Source: Eledone cirrhosa (taxonomy: Eukaryota). From it: 64,000 nt of DNA. The translations under genes and the position numbers were made by a program. Of the stretch, positions 27,610 through 45,155 are shown one piece after another (the stretch's first letter is position 1; each line of letters opens with the position of its first letter). Location: the NCBI GenBank assembly GCA_964016885.1, contig OZ024743.1, positions 199,578,001 through 199,642,000 on the forward strand, in the 5' to 3' direction. The notes under the pieces are model-generated. The model was not told where the DNA came from. It did no database searches and saw nothing but the letters and a program-made list of their open reading frames with translations.

Positions 27610-27812
27610 GTTTGGCAGTATCAGCAGAGCGTCAGACATGCTTTGTGGCATAGTTACACCCCCTTTGCGTTTTATGTTCAAATACCGCCAATGTTGGCTT
27701 TGTTTTTCATCCTTACAGGATCAGTAAAATAATCAACCAGTAATCCACTGAGGTCGATTTAATCGAATTTTCCCTTCCCCCACATTGTTGCCCTTGTGTC
27801 TAAATCAGAAAC
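27610..27812 (+). mobile_element. tRNA-derived SINE, long-tail variant, diverged
   Basis: Family head, core and tail are recognisable. Confidence 0.8.
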
Positions 27813-28137
27813 TATTATACTAAGTACCGTGTGGTGATGTACAAAGGTGTGTTTGTTCATTTTGATTTATATCTCTAATTTGTGTGCTAATGAACTAATT
27901 ACCATCTATATATTAAGGGAAAGGTGATTAAAACAAAACACAAATTGTCTGCTCTTTGATCCTAGTTTAGTATGTATGTTAAGTGGGTGGCATAAAGTGG
28001 GGTGATCCAGCCAGGGAAAACATTGCCGAAATAAAACATGAACAAAACATGATTATTTGACCTGTCAAATCTGCTTTCATAGAAAAGGGATGTAAAACGA
28101 TGTTGATGATATGCATTTATCTATCTTTAAAATAATT

Positions 28138-28297
28138 GTTTCTACCTTTGACACAAGGCCAGTAATTATACCAGTGTATTACTGGTACTTTATTTTATCG
28201 ACCCCGTAAGGATGAAAGGCAAAGTTAACCTCGGCGGGATTTGAACTGAGATCGTAAAGGCCCGTAACTCCAACCCGCTAACGATACTGCCAATCCA
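28138..28297 (-). mobile_element. tRNA-derived SINE
   Basis: Reverse family copy. Confidence 0.85.
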
Positions 28298-28661
28298 AAA
28301 TAATGAGCTGGGTTTTATTTTGACTATACTCTAAACGACTGTACCAACATATACAATATATTGATGGCTTTAACTGACATAGGACAGGTGAGACACTGGA
28401 GTCTAACCCAGAGAGAAAAGGAAAGATAAAGCAACTTAGCTTAAACTTCGAGGTCACTGCCACTTTTCTCTTTAGAGAATAAAATTTAAATTCTGCTTAT
28501 ACACATTGAGTATTCACTCAATGCACTGTTAAAGTTTGCTTGGTACAATTGTATTTTAAACATCCACGGAAATATATACATACATATACATATGCAGGTG
28601 TGATTGTGATATATATTTTAAACATTATTTTATTTTGATGTACGTGTATCTATGTAATTAT

Positions 28662-28843
28662 GTGTGGATTGGCAGTATCGGTAGAGGGTCGGACGCTCTG
28701 CTTTGCAGCATAGTTACATCCCTTTACGGACTGAGTACAAATACCGCCGAGGTTAACTTTGCCTTTCATCCTTACGGGGTCGATAAAATAAAGTACCAGT
28801 AATGCACTTGGTAATTGTTAGCCTTGTGCCAAAAAGTAGAAAC
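28662..28843 (+). mobile_element. tRNA-derived SINE
   Basis: Near full-length family copy. Confidence 0.88.
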
Positions 28844-29510
28844 AATTATATTTTATGAGTATGCAAATACACACACAGACGGTGATGTTAGGATAAATAT
28901 TTCTGATAACAGGAGAACTTGTCGTACTTTTTCCTGAACAAACATCATCTGTGGGGGGAGAGGGTGATCCTCTGTTTGTTTGTTTTTTTTTTTGTTTTTT
29001 GTTTTATGTTTTTTATTCGCCAGAATATGGTCTGGTATTTGGTTTGAATTTTAAGAGGGGGCCCCCATGTGGTCATGCAATTATATTGAATGTCACAAAC
29101 AGACAGTTTCTTGTACTATAGCAAGCTACGTCGTTACCCTGAAGCTTTTGTCTGCTGCCTGATTAACCAATAGAAATCACACCGACTTCTAACATCTTTT
29201 GTCGTTTTTAAGTGGTGAGGTTTGATGAGGCTGGGGTTATAGATAGAGAAATCAATACCAAAATATATCTAGCAATATTGTAAAGAAATCATTTTGAAAA
29301 ATGTATATAAGAATTTATTTATTTACTTATGTAAATATATATTATTTGTTTTAAATATTTTATGGTTTCATTTATTATACTTTTTCTCAGCTTCAATTGA
29401 AGCATTTCAAGAAAAATTGAAGACTTCAGGCACACACACCACCCATATAAAGTTAAATAGTTCTATGTAAGTCGTGTGTGTGTATATGTGTGTTTTTGAG
29501 AGGGGGGGGG

Positions 29511-29585
29511 GGGGTCCCTCAAAATATATACTCTTCAACAGCAGATAACTGACACTATGTATACATTTTGGAGGGACACCCTGTA
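29511..29585. mobile_element. Tc1-like MITE remnant
   Basis: GGGGTCCCTCAAAATATATAC...GTATACATTTTGGAGGGACACCCTG|TA. Confidence 0.55.
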
Positions 29586-29615
29586 TTTATATATACATGT
29601 ATTTATATATACATA

Positions 29616-29649
<34 letters not shown>

Positions 29650-30550
29650 CATATGTATATATATATGCATGTACCTATATTATGTGCTTTAAAATTGTAC
29701 TTGCAAAACACGTGCATGCACCTGTCTAATATAGTTTATTCCATTTTAAAACCAAAAGTAAGTTAGATCAAATCCCACCTCCACCAAATCTATAATGATA
29801 CACAAGTATTGTCATATTTGTTTAGATCATATTTTGAAGAACCCTGGGGCTTTTCAGAATCCACTGGTTTAAACAAGTAACATATTAGAATGCTCCAAGT
29901 GATCATAATACAACCTTGAGCTAGGTCAAGCCCTTAACTTTGCTTGGGTAATTATACATCGATATTGAATGAATCACTCTTCCCAGCCTACAGGGGAACT
30001 GAATCATGTAGCATGCTGTATGTCATTTAACTTGTATGTATATGTATGCATTGTTTTTTAATGATTTTAATTAAAATATACAATGCTGCAAAACTTGTTT
30101 GATAGCAATCCACATGTTCTAAGACACAAAACTGCTGGTTTTAAAGTGTTCATATGTATATTAAACCTTCTGTTATTATTTTATGCAAGGTCAATATTGT
30201 TCTAAATATCAGAATGACAATGACAAAGCTAGACATTTCATTAAATTACCCCAAATATTTGATTTAAAAAACAAAAATCAATAGCAAAACATTGGTAGTG
30301 TCTTTCATTAGAAATATAGCAATGAAAGGGTTAATTGTAATATAAGTTTGAGTAAATTCCAGTCAATTATATTTTCTGTCAAATCTCATTGTAAAAAAAG
30401 CCAAAAGTCTATGGTGATTTCTATTTTTTAACATCATTACTCTCCACAAAACTGACACTAACACACTTTGGTGAGATCTCGAATTTTGTGAAAATGCCAT
30501 GGTGGAATATTTTTGATTTAAACCAGTCCCACAAAACTGCAACTGATATT

Positions 30551-30772
30551 TATATGCAGAGGTTATATTTAATTTGTTGGGATTTAACAAGCTTAAACAT
30601 TTTTATAAGTGATATAAAGCACTCAACAGTTAGTGGAGTAAATATACAATATATTAATAAATGGAAACTATATTTATAAAACCATAATTATTTTATTATA
30701 TATATTTCAAGGGCGACCAAGGTAAATCATGGTTTTATAAATATAGTTTCCATTTATTAATATATTGTATAT
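30551..30772 (-). mobile_element. Truncated fold-back copy of the 2951-3410 family
   Basis: Shares aataaatggaaactatatttataaaaccat and the agcactcaac tail. 44 bp arms at 30642-30685/30729-30772. Only the GAAA-TATATA-TA half of the hammerhead remains. Confidence 0.7.
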
Positions 30773-30966
30773 ATATATATATATTGTATATATATATATA
30801 TATACATATCATCATTTATATATATAATATATGTATGTAACAGGTAAAGAGAAATAACAACACAGTATAAGCCTGCCTTTTTTCTACTAATGAACAAAGC
30901 TTACTTTAACAGTGTGCACAGGATTTGGTGAGGAAAGATATGATACACATGCGCACACACAAACAA

Positions 30967-31044
<78 letters not shown>

Positions 31045-31842
31045 AAGCTTGTTTGCATAATTCCAAACGAATCGAATGTTATTAATATTCAAAAAAACGT
31101 GGGTAGTGCAAAAATGACAGATGAGATAAGGGAGTTTATAAAGAAAAAAAAAACTATTTTTGAAAGAATTTTCCCAGCAGTTTATATATCAGCTATATGG
31201 AATCTTTATTATTTAAGACATAATAAAGAAAAAAAGTGAATAAATCAAAATAATGGGATTTAAAAAAAATAATTTCATAAGAAAAAATTTCAAAAGAAAA
31301 AAATCTTTTTAAATTTAAATTCAGAAAAGCTTCAGTGAAAATATGTTCTTTTATCGGTTCCAACAAATCAGCTGTGCTCATGCTGAGGCACTGCTATTAT
31401 ATAGTCGATAACCACCATTTCCTCACCATTTATATGTAAACTTAACTCTATTCTTTGTTGAAATACAGTGTAGTAGACTTCTTACAATAGAACTGTTAGA
31501 TGAGACATATGACTCAGCTCATTTCAGTTACCTCAACAAAAGATTTGATGCAAATCTGTCAAATTAAGGCAAGTGACTTAGAGGAAAGTATTTTTTTTTC
31601 TGACGTGATTTATTCTATTTCGGATTAGCTCCTTTATATATATTGGGTAGTCAAGTATGAAATTTGTAGAAAATTGTAGAAAAAAACAAATTTCTACAAA
31701 TTTCTACAAATTCCATACTTTTTGACCTAATAATATTTGTCCTTATCTATTTGTACATTAGTTAGTGTGTCAGTATCACTTGTAACTTAGTAGTTAAACC
31801 AAAAAGTATAAATATGTGCTGGGGTTACATTCGATTAATTAA

Positions 31843-32063
31843 CCCTTTTGCATTTAAACCGGCCATATCCGACTAGAATTCTCTCACCTCTTTCTGTTCA
31901 AACCAGCTATAGCCAGCTTCTCATACTGATGTTAATGTATTGTTCTCAAAATAAATAATATCAAGATCTCATAGATTTGATATTATGTGAGATAATTATG
32001 TAAGGTAAAGATTTTTCCATGAAAATATAATAGTATATATAAAGTAATGTAAATGCTAAAGGG
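31843..32063 (+). mobile_element. piggyBac-type MITE, family 1
   Basis: TTAA|CCCTTTTGCATTTA...TAAATGCTAAAGGG|TTAA: TTAA TSD with CCC/GGG termini. Confidence 0.85.
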
Positions 32064-32418
32064 TTAAGACAGTGTCCCAGAATGGCCTCAGTCTAATCAT
32101 TAGACTATATAATAAGTAAAAGAGTAACTACCACAATACTCTTTACCCTTATTGTGACTGTACTCAGACTTATTTTTTAAGCAGGGGCTAGTCACAAACA
32201 TATTGTTGAGGCATGGGGCACCACTCAATTTTACTTTCCTGGGCAACTGTATTTGCTCTTTTATTTTGTTACTGTCCATTTTAATACTTTGCCCCTCATA
32301 CATATCCATATTCAGATTCTGGGAAAGCACTTCATTTATATAATATATATAAATACATTATATATATATATATGTTTATATGTGTGTGTTATATTATATA
32401 TAAGTATATGTATATAAA

Positions 32419-32449
<31 letters not shown>

Positions 32450-32951
32450 AACTTTGAATTTAAAATTAAACGAAATCAATATATTCCTAAATCTCTAGAC
32501 ATCTTGTTATTTATTGCTATCTTCTCATTTATTTCGGTTTATCTCATGTTTTACTTGTTAAATGCGTTGTCATTTAGCAGATCATTTTGTTAAAAATATG
32601 CTATATATAAAAAAACAGCATCTTTTGTGTTTCCTTGTTAATTTTAGATTTTTCATCATGATTTAAACCCTACTTCAGTAAGTAGAGGAGAAATGAGATG
32701 ATGATGATAATGGCAAAACAACAGAACAAATAGAACAACAATGATATTAATAAAGAAAAGTATTTAGAATAAATGGAAATATACATAAACAGACATTCCC
32801 AACACATACATACATACATACATACATACATACATACATACATACATACATACTCACACATACACTCACACATACACTCACACATATACTCAACATAAAC
32901 ACAATTATATTTATGACATGTGTAGATATTCCTTTACATAAACACTTATAC

Positions 32952-33040
<89 letters not shown>

Positions 33041-33387
33041 TCAATTAGTATCCATTCTTCCTGCTAGCAAGGGTTGAACAGGTTTTCACACAGCAAGTCA
33101 GTACTTAATCAGGGCTAGAGATGGGCTGAGAGATATATTTCACATTTGTGTCCCTATACTCAATTTACAAAATGCCCAAAGCATATACCATACATACATA
33201 TATATATATACATACATACATAGAGATGTATATATCATGTGCATACGCATTGAATTTTACGTCCCAAATATTGGCTGCACAAAAAAATTCCATAAATTAA
33301 TTTTATTTATGTTTTACTTATATTTTTAAGTAATCATAATATGACTTGTCTTTAGTAATTCTTTCCCCATCTCTCTCTCTCTCTCTG

Positions 33388-33421
<34 letters not shown>

Positions 33422-35404
33422 TATAGTGATGATGGTGATGATATATATATAATCTATGAAATGCAGTGATAGATGCATTTCCTTTTATGCTTTCTTTCAA
33501 CTTTTGCTTTTGGGTTGTCATTTTCTTTTTCTGAATTTTCTTTTCGTCCTGAGTATGTGGGAGCCCCACTAAGTGTTTTCATTCAATCTAACTGCAATAA
33601 ACTACTCCATAATGGTTATAACATTGTGTCATTTCTCTATTGGTCTCTGCTGACCATTTTTTTTCTACACCATTCTCCCTTCCTTTCTCTTGTTGCTATC
33701 AATGACAAGCTTGTTTTAGAACACAAGAAGATTTTTTTCCATTTTTTGTTTTCTCCATCCTAAATCAGAGGTTCAGTACACCAAATCTATTTGGCTTCAG
33801 TTTTTAATTCATTATATTCCTTGCATATCTTTTTTTCCCCTTGGTATTTTTTCAGACATTTTGTTTTTTATTTTTATTTTTTAATTCTAAAAAAAATTTT
33901 TTTTTTCAAAATCTGAATTTTTATCATTATTATTATTATTATTTGATATCTAAAATTTATATCTATTTTTATTTATATATTTTATTTAATTCCTAAATAC
34001 TGTTTAAATGTGAAATTACAATTTCTATGTAAAAAAATAAGAGTTAGACTGATTTATTGGAATTTTTTTATAAAAACTTGTTTCATGCATTGAAACATTC
34101 GTTTTATTTATTGTTTTTTTTAAATTTCAAATACACTTTTTTTATTTGTGGATTGGAACAGTTTGGGTGTGGTGGTGGGGCTAATTGTTTTATTTATTTA
34201 TTATCACCATGAAAGTATATTGGTTTCCCTTTCAGGTTATAACCAAGTTATTCCCCACTCCATATCACCTTTTAATTTATGCCCCTGTGCCATTGGGAAA
34301 GGTGTTTGCAACAAGCCTAGCTTTTTATCCCACGCTTCTAAATACAAAGATAGTGTATGAGAGGCTGTTGTGTTTAATCAAAATTTTGAATCAATATTTC
34401 ACTTTTACCATTCAAGATCAGGCTATTTGTGGTAGATATGGATACAGTATAGACAAATGATTAAGAAACTTGCTTCCCAATTATTTGGGCCCAGGTTTGA
34501 TCCCACTCTGTGGCATCTATGGACAAGTGTATTTTACCAAGGCATATTGTTGCTCCAAACCTTGGGAATGATTGATTTGGTTGAAGGGAATTGTGAGAAA
34601 GATCATTAAAGATTGTACCTGTAATTCAAAAGGGCCAGTGTTATCACAGTCATGTTGATTTTGCCTAAGGGTTACATTAAGGGTAAAAGTGTCTGGAATA
34701 CTCAGCCATTTCTATACTAATTCAATGTGCAGGTAATACAGTTGATTGAACAACTTATCATTAAACTGACGGAGATCCATAACTTTAAAGGAATTATTTT
34801 GTAAGTTCTTCAGTTCAGATTTCAAATCATACCAAGAATTAACTTTTGCATGGAGGATGTGGGCTGGTAATAATTAGTTATTTCAGTTGACTATAACAAC
34901 TTTTCCCTGTTACAATTAACTCTAACAACTTCTCTCCTGTTGCATACTTAAAAATAAATCTTTATTCATTAAGTGTATTATCTAATTTTTTTATCAAGTT
35001 AAATTTCAAGTAACAGCTTATCTTTAAAAGTAAGCTTTTCTCATATCCCATACTTTAGATTAAAAGATTCAATATCAAACGGAAACCTTCTTTATGATTG
35101 TTATCAAGGTTTTGATTCTCGACTATTACACAATTTTTAACTAATTTTCAAACATACACACAAATATACTTACATATATAAATATACTCGCATAACATAC
35201 ATACACACTTATACAATCTCTTGTTATATTGATTTCCATTACCAGCATCCATAGTTTTGCTACCTTGTTTTATGGTGAGGTATGGGACTAGTAGAATGGG
35301 AGAAAATTACTCCCCTAATATAACAGGAAACAGTCTTTAAAAATTTAACATCCCCACCCTTTACCTCACCTGAACTTGCATTACAAAACACACATGTATA
35401 TATT

Positions 35405-35451
<47 letters not shown>

Positions 35452-35796
35452 GTATATATAATAAAAAGAACCAGTGTAAGCAAATTTGTATGGCCTATCT
35501 CATTTCCTTTCCTTAGTTTGTTTTTCACGTTGAAAAGTGAGCAACATTTACATCATCACTTATAGAATGGGGAAGAACAAGGACAGTTTGGAATAACCGG
35601 ATGTAGTTTATCATGTTTATCATACAAAAGAAGTTCGGCAAATCAAAATTGTTTATTCAAAATGAAATTATACTATAAACACTTATTAAATGCTGTTGCT
35701 GTTGCCACTGGTGAGATTTCAGACTATAAACTGTAGCATATTTCATCTACATCATCTTCCTCATCATGATCTTATTTAAAAAAAAATATATTGAGG

Positions 35797-36092
35797 GCAG
35801 TGGGTTGGCAGAATCATTAGAGCATCAGAGGAAAACTTTTGCATTATTCATTCTGGCTCTATAAATCCTGCCTTTCATTATTTCTGGATTGGCAGAATCA
35901 GTAGAATGTCAGACGACATGCTTCGTGGTATAGTTATGGCTCTTTGCGTTCTGTGGTCAAATCTCACCAAGGTTAGCTTTGCATTTCATCCTTATAGGGT
36001 CGATAAAATAAAGCATCAGTAATGCACTGGGGTAGATTTAATCGATTTTACCCTCCCCAAAAATTGCTGGACTTGTGTCGATAGTAGAAATT
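35797..36092 (+). mobile_element. Tandem or nested tRNA-derived SINEs (degenerate head, then long-tail copy from about 35885)
   Basis: Two ttggcagaatca heads, with the family core and tail. Confidence 0.8.
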
Positions 36093-36501
36093 ATTCTTAG
36101 GTTACTCCAAGGTTAATAAAAAAAATAAAAAAAAAGTACCAGTAAAGAACTTGGGTTAATATGACTTAATTTTCCCATTGTCAGAATTGCTATCCTTCCA
36201 CCTAAATTAAAAACCTTTATTTTTTTTTTTTTTTTAAACATTTTGTTTCATTTCTGGTATCATTTTCCTCTGCTGAAAATGTTCAATTCTTCAGTTACAT
36301 AACCTTGCCTATCCTTAGTATATACCCACTAAACAAGATAGTTTTTATCTGTCGATGTTTCAATTAATTTTGAAATAAATATAAACTTGAAGGGGTTACT
36401 CAAATAACTAAACTTTTATAACGTTGCTGTTTGGAAGATAACTTAAAAGATTCTTACATAAAATGACAATTGCAGATTTAAAATTAAACTCTTTGTTTGT
36501 A

Positions 36502-38903
<2,402 letters not shown>

Positions 38904-39545
38904 AGGAAAGCCTTCCATTCTCACTGATAAAAGGCTGTCTACATGATCTATGACATAAACACTTTTCCTTAACTCTCTCCTTTGAAGAGTTCTTATTCAC
39001 TGTGTATGTGTGACTTTACAGTTTCCTTTTGTTTAATGAAACCAGCTGTTTGGCAAAGAGGAATTGCAATTTCTGGCAAATTTCCTGTAGGTTTTTTTTC
39101 TCCTTTTTTTAACTCCTAGAAATCTTTACTTGGAGTATTTTGTAGTTAATAAAGCAATTTGGTTGTATTTGTCCGGCTGACAGCTCTAATGTTCAGATCA
39201 TGTATCTCCCTCTAATATATGGGTAGGATATACTGAGTGAGTAAATTGTGCTATGTGACAGATATGCTATTTTTTTTTTTTCCTGCTTTGTCAGGGGAAG
39301 AAGGGTACTGTTCAGGACCTTGTTTAAGACTGGATGAAGGACAAAGGTATCTTTAGACTGGAGACCTAGTCAGAATAATGGATTAAGCCTACCACAAGTG
39401 TTTGTAAAATGGACTGCAGACACAAGGATGGACAAGTCTTCAATTTTTATTTTTTAATTTTTTTAAACTTTCATTAGCAATCTGAATAACATACCCCAGT
39501 ATAACACTGGTATTGATGGATCACCACTTAACCAATGAAAGACAG

Positions 39546-39735
39546 AGGTGGATTGGCTGGATGTCAGACATGCTTCAGTCCTTTGCATTCTGATTTCAAA
39601 TCCCATTCAGGTTAGCTTTGCCTTTCATCCTTACGGTGTCAATAGAATAAAGTACCAGTAATACACTGGGATCAATTTAATCGACTTTCCTTTCCCCCAA
39701 AATTATTTGGCTTGTGCTTAAATCAGAAACCATTA
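39546..39735 (+). mobile_element. tRNA-derived SINE, long-tail variant
   Basis: Family core sequence. Confidence 0.8.
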
Positions 39736-40032
39736 TTTTGCATGTAATTAACTCATGTATAATCTGACTGTTGGGACACCATTAAATATTTTATCTCTGT
39801 AGTGTGGCAGATTGATGAGCTGTTGAATTTGGGAGTGAGATTTCTTTCCTTGCTCAGACAAGAATTACTTAGTGGAGTTAAATACAATGTATATGTGTTG
39901 GTAATCCAAGTACCTTTATCCATTCAACTAGTAACCCCATTGATACCAAACTGTTTCTATTTCCTCAATACAAAGTAATCTTTTTTTTAAATGTGTTAAT
40001 ATTTATCTAAAAACATTCCATCAACATTTTAA

Positions 40033-40184
40033 CACTTTAACATTTACATTACTCTATATTTACTATTGTATTTTCATGGTAAACACTTTACCTCAAATAA
40101 TATCGAATCCACAAGATTTTGATGTTATTTATTTTGAGAACAATAATAACATAAATATGAGCAGCTGGTTTAAATGTTAAGAGT
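40033..40184 (-). mobile_element. piggyBac-type MITE, family 1, internally deleted
   Basis: Shares catttacattactctatat...atatcgaatc...ttttgagaacaata. TTAA flanks. Confidence 0.7.
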
Positions 40185-40751
40185 TTAAGGAAGAACCTTA
40201 AGTCATGCTCCAAACACCAAATTAATAATTAGGAAGTCATTTATATTCCTAAATTCCTCCAAATTCTTGGTTTGAAAAGTATATGCAGTTTATTTTGTTA
40301 GTCTTTTGTAGAAAAATACTTTTCTGGTCTGGCTTGTAATAAATAGCAACGTCAGCTAAAAGTTAAACTATGGTCTTTAAAATAGCAACCCAGGGTTTTA
40401 GTATTTTATATTGTTTCTTAAAGGGTTTTTATTCTTTTAGTTTTGTTCATATGTGGGTCTCATATATGATGTTTTCTTTGGCAGTGTTTCAACAGCACAC
40501 ACATTTTCCATACACATGCATGTAGTAGTAAGTAACACAGAGAGTTAATGTATTTTGTCAACATCATATTTTTACATAAATGACTTTCTGTGTGCTTCAA
40601 GAGATAAAAATCAACTCCTGTGCTTCCAGAAACTTCCGGCATTGGGAGGTGGGATGGCTGGAAGTAAAGAAAAATAGAGGTGGAGGGACAGTAAAGGGAA
40701 TGGTGGGGAAGTCCCTTGTTGATGGCAAGGAAGGTTAACTATGCGTATGTC

Positions 40752-40796
<45 letters not shown>

Positions 40797-42013
40797 CTTT
40801 GTGTGTGTGTATGTATAGTTCTATATATTAACTCTGATGAAAATTTGTTTGTAGGTAGATAATGTTTGCATAAATACACACACATATTTGAGTATGTGTG
40901 AATGTCAAACCATATATGTATATATATACATATATATGTGTGTGTATGCGTGTGTACTTTTTAGTTGCAAAGAGATAATCATATCTGCTCAACAAGCCAA
41001 AGTAAATTGCCGTTGGTCACCCCACCCTATCACCTACAGACACACACACACAATAATCTCCACCCGACCACATCTCTTACAGGGCTCCCTCTATCTTTCT
41101 TTCTCTCTCTTGCAACCACCTTTAATTAATGTCCTCATCCTTATCCTCTCCACATCCCAGCCTCCCATCTTGGAGAAGATGGAGGGAAGGGGTTGGATGG
41201 ATGGATGGGGGGCGGGGAGTTAGTCAAGATCTGGTTTTTAAGATAGAGTAATTCAGCATATGTTTTTCTTGTCTCTAATAAGACTTCCCACTGCTCTAGT
41301 TAACTTGTTGGAATTGTTGTTGTTATTGTTGTTGTCAGTTGATGTTGTTGTTATTCTTGAGGTAAGGAGACTGTACTTTGCTATAAGCACCACCACCACC
41401 ATCGTTGTCACTACTGCTATAATCATACATCATCATTATCATCATCATCACCAACATCATAGTCATCCTTTATTCCCTTGTTGCTGGCGCCTGCCATTAT
41501 TGCCACTATGTGAGAGAAAAAAAAAGAAATGAATGTAAGAAGGGAGGTAAGTGGAAGGGCGGTTATGTTGTTAGTCGGCTGGCTGGTTTGTTGGTTGGTT
41601 TGTGTTAAGGGTTCAGTTCCTTCAATTGTGCCTTTGTGTATCTCTAAAGCACCAGAATCTGAGGAACAAGTGTAGGAATATATGTCATCCACAGTTCTGC
41701 CTCAAGACTTGTGTAATATGATTAACATGTTTGTGTGTGTGTGTATATATATGTGTATATATATATATATATATACACACTGTGCATATCCATGTATCCA
41801 GTTTAGAATAGGTACACTGTATCTCTGTGCATCAGAAGCACATTTAAAAGGTTGGTACAAAGAAGGGCATCAAGCCATTTTCAAAACAACCAACCCAATG
41901 ACAGGCATGCTGTCTCCAGCAGGGGTAGTGGTCTTTAAAGGCTTGTGTGTTTGTGCATATATGTGCTTGCATTTGTGTCCATGAATATATATGTCTATGG
42001 ACACAAGGACATG

Positions 42014-42055
<42 letters not shown>

Positions 42056-42093
42056 CCATGCTAGTGTGGAAGATAGACGTTAATCGATGATGA

Positions 42094-42136
<43 letters not shown>

Positions 42137-42728
42137 GTGAACAACTTCATCCTTTTGAAATTAGGAGAGATTCAGTTTAAAACTGGTTAGACCATTACTC
42201 ACCAGAGTACTCGATACTTGGGGTAGTAGAGGATGCAACTAGCTGTTGAACTGACAAGAGCTCAGCTGTCAAGGCCCTGATTCTTTATGATATATACATA
42301 TATCTCGTTATTTCTAAAATGGCTGACAGAATACACATGCTCATTCTCAAAATAAAAAAAAATAAAAATTTACTATCCTTCCTTTTCTCACTCTTAATCT
42401 TAATCTTTCTATTTCATCTTTTATTTCTCATTCTACCTTCTGATGGACTAGTCTCCATCAGAAAGACGCTTTCCCTAGTATATAAAGCATAAAACTAATA
42501 TATTTGTTTATTGTACAACAGCGCTGTTTGCCTTGTGGCTTCTGTTTACTCTTTGCATACATATAGATATTTATTTATACATACATTATATATATATATA
42601 TATATATACACACAAGTATGTGTGTGTTTGCATGCATATATATATATATATATATAAAGATAAAAATAATTATATATTCAATCTTTTTTTTTTTTTTCAT
42701 ATACATTTGCAACCATATATATGTGTGT

Positions 42729-42775
<47 letters not shown>

Positions 42776-43551
42776 GTATGTATATATATATATATATAAT
42801 GTATGTGTGTGTGTATTTTATCATGCAATGGCCATACACAGTAATGAGGGGGCAGCCATCATGTTTATATAAATATGTTTGTGTGTGTATATATATATAT
42901 ATATATGCATTATATTTGTATATTATGAACATAAGCATATAGATAAATATGAATACATATAACACACATAGGGAAGCATCTATTCATATTTGGTAGTTTC
43001 CAGGTCTTTTTCAGTTCTTTTTATTGTAATTGTTTTATTTTATCGCACGCACGCGCGCGCTTATATATATATATATACACATGTATATGTGTGTGTGTAT
43101 ATATATATATATAAGAAATTATTATTGTTGTTGTTGTTGTCATTCTGGGAGCTTGTTATTCTTGTATCCCTTTGCCCTTATTAATCTCTCCTGTCTTCAA
43201 CTTCATCATTCCACTCCCAGAAATATGTCCAAACTCCCTAAACATGAATGGTATCCAACTGAGTCATCCTTTCAATTTGACTAAACAAGCAGAAAGAAAC
43301 CTTACATACTTTCTTGAACAGGATATCTGCTAGGAAGATCTTTGATTTGTCTTAATTATCTACATCAGTGGTGGTGTTGGTGTTGGTGCTATGAGGTCCA
43401 GTTGTAATGGTTATGAGCATGTGGTAGTGGTATGAGGGTCAGTGTTGGTGGCAGTGTTACGGTAGCCAGTAGTGTAAGCAGTATGGGGCCAATGGTGGTT
43501 TGTTGGATTTTTGGGGTTGTAGTGAAGTAAATGTGTGCTCATTATTTGAGG

Positions 43552-43732
43552 TGGATTGGCAGTGTCAGTAGAAGGTCGGACGCCATGCTTTGATGCATAG
43601 AGTTACGGCCCTTGCCATTCTGTGTTCAAATCCCGTCGAGGTTAACTTTGCCTTTCATCCTTACAAGGTCAATAAAATAAAATACCAGTAATGCACTGAG
43701 TAATTGCTGGCCTTGTGCCAAAAGTAGAAACA
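43552..43732 (+). mobile_element. tRNA-derived SINE, same family, 11 bp TSD
   Basis: Same sequence as 51737. TSD ATTATTTGAGG at 43541-43551 and 43733-43743. Confidence 0.9.
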
Positions 43733-43958
43733 ATTATTTGAGGGTTTCTTTTCTCTATTTAATTATCAGGGGGAAAATGACAGTAGCCCCTTCCCGTTGT
43801 CATTTGGAGGGCTGCTTAAGCTGGTGAGAGAGTGGGGAAGGTGTCCATAAACCTGGAAACCCTGTCTGAAAGCTTGCAGCAGAAAGGACTTTACTAAAGG
43901 CATCCTAAAGTCAACTGGTGATGTTAAACTGGATAACAGTTTAAGTCTACTGCCCAAA

Positions 43959-44158
43959 TACAAGGGTCAGCTGAAAAATTTATAGGCTGATCAAGATGAT
44001 TTCATGGAATGACCAAATGTGGTTTATTTTTCAATTATAGTCCCTGGAAAGAAACAATGTTGTTATTAACAAGATTTGAAATGAATGCATGCATGATTTC
44101 ACAGCTCTAGTATCACTCCTTCATAGTTAGCCTATGAACGTTTCAGCTTACCCTTATA
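43959..44158. mobile_element. Tc1/mariner-type MITE
   Basis: TIR of about 30 bp: TACAAGGGTCAGCTGAAAAATTTATAGGCT vs TATAAGGGTAAGCTGAAACGTTCATAGGCT (reverse complement). TA ends. Confidence 0.75.
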
Positions 44159-44424
44159 GAGTCAGGGTAATTTGAACTGAGTATACACATAATCAGAAGA
44201 AATAACACAAGGCATCTCTTCTGATGCTGTTACTAGTGCCGTCCACTTCTCTACATTGGTACTTTCATTTATAGACTCTAAAATGAAGGATGAAAGGCAA
44301 AGTTGATTTTGTTTGTGATTAATTGTTTAGCCCCAGGTCTGTCCTGGTTCAGCAAGGCATACTATATTAATATCTAGAATTACAACTAAGAACATGATTA
44401 TGAACCTCTTAACCACCATGTATA

Positions 44425-44477
<53 letters not shown>

Positions 44478-44651
44478 TATATATAGTGTGTGTATGAGAG
44501 TATATATCTATATACATGTATTTATGTGTATGTATGCATACTCTCACATGTATACACATACTTCAGTAAAAATAGGTTTAGCAGAAAAATGCATTGTTTT
44601 ATAATGATAAGAAAATGGAATATATGTTTAATCCATAAAGTGGATGTGTGA

Positions 44652-44683
<32 letters not shown>

Positions 44684-44754
44684 ACATCATTATTTATGTG
44701 TGTGTATATATATATATATATTTGTACATATGTGTGTGTACATATATGTGTGTG

Positions 44755-44794
<40 letters not shown>

Positions 44795-45065
44795 GGAAAA
44801 AGTTTGAGCAAAGGTCAAAATAATTCTTTAAAAACAAAAGAAATCTACACTATTGTTTAGCAACAATTGGTCTATTGTTTCAGTTGGAACAGCCTCCACC
44901 TCCCATCCTCCCCATCCACACACATTTTTTACCCTCCCCCACCTACTGACATACAATTCAAAACTCTCTTGTGGTGAATTTCTTGTAGATGTAGAATTCT
45001 TTCCAAAGCAAGAGTGGGTGAACAATAAGTAAATGTGTATATGTGTTTATGTGTAAATATACAGC

Positions 45066-45079
45066 TGTGTGTATGTATG

Positions 45080-45110
<31 letters not shown>

Positions 45111-45120
45111 ATATATATTT

Positions 45121-45155
<35 letters not shown>

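Noticed and set aside
29391-29429. Possible 39 nt phase 1-1 micro-exon (SIEAFQEKLKTS) after a good acceptor
   Set aside because: The donor would be GCACAC, not a credible GT or GC donor, and there is no homology support.
42428-42453. Hairpin TTCTGATGGA-CTAGTC-TCCATCAGAA
   Set aside because: An isolated 10 bp stem with no complete hammerhead or other interpretable context.
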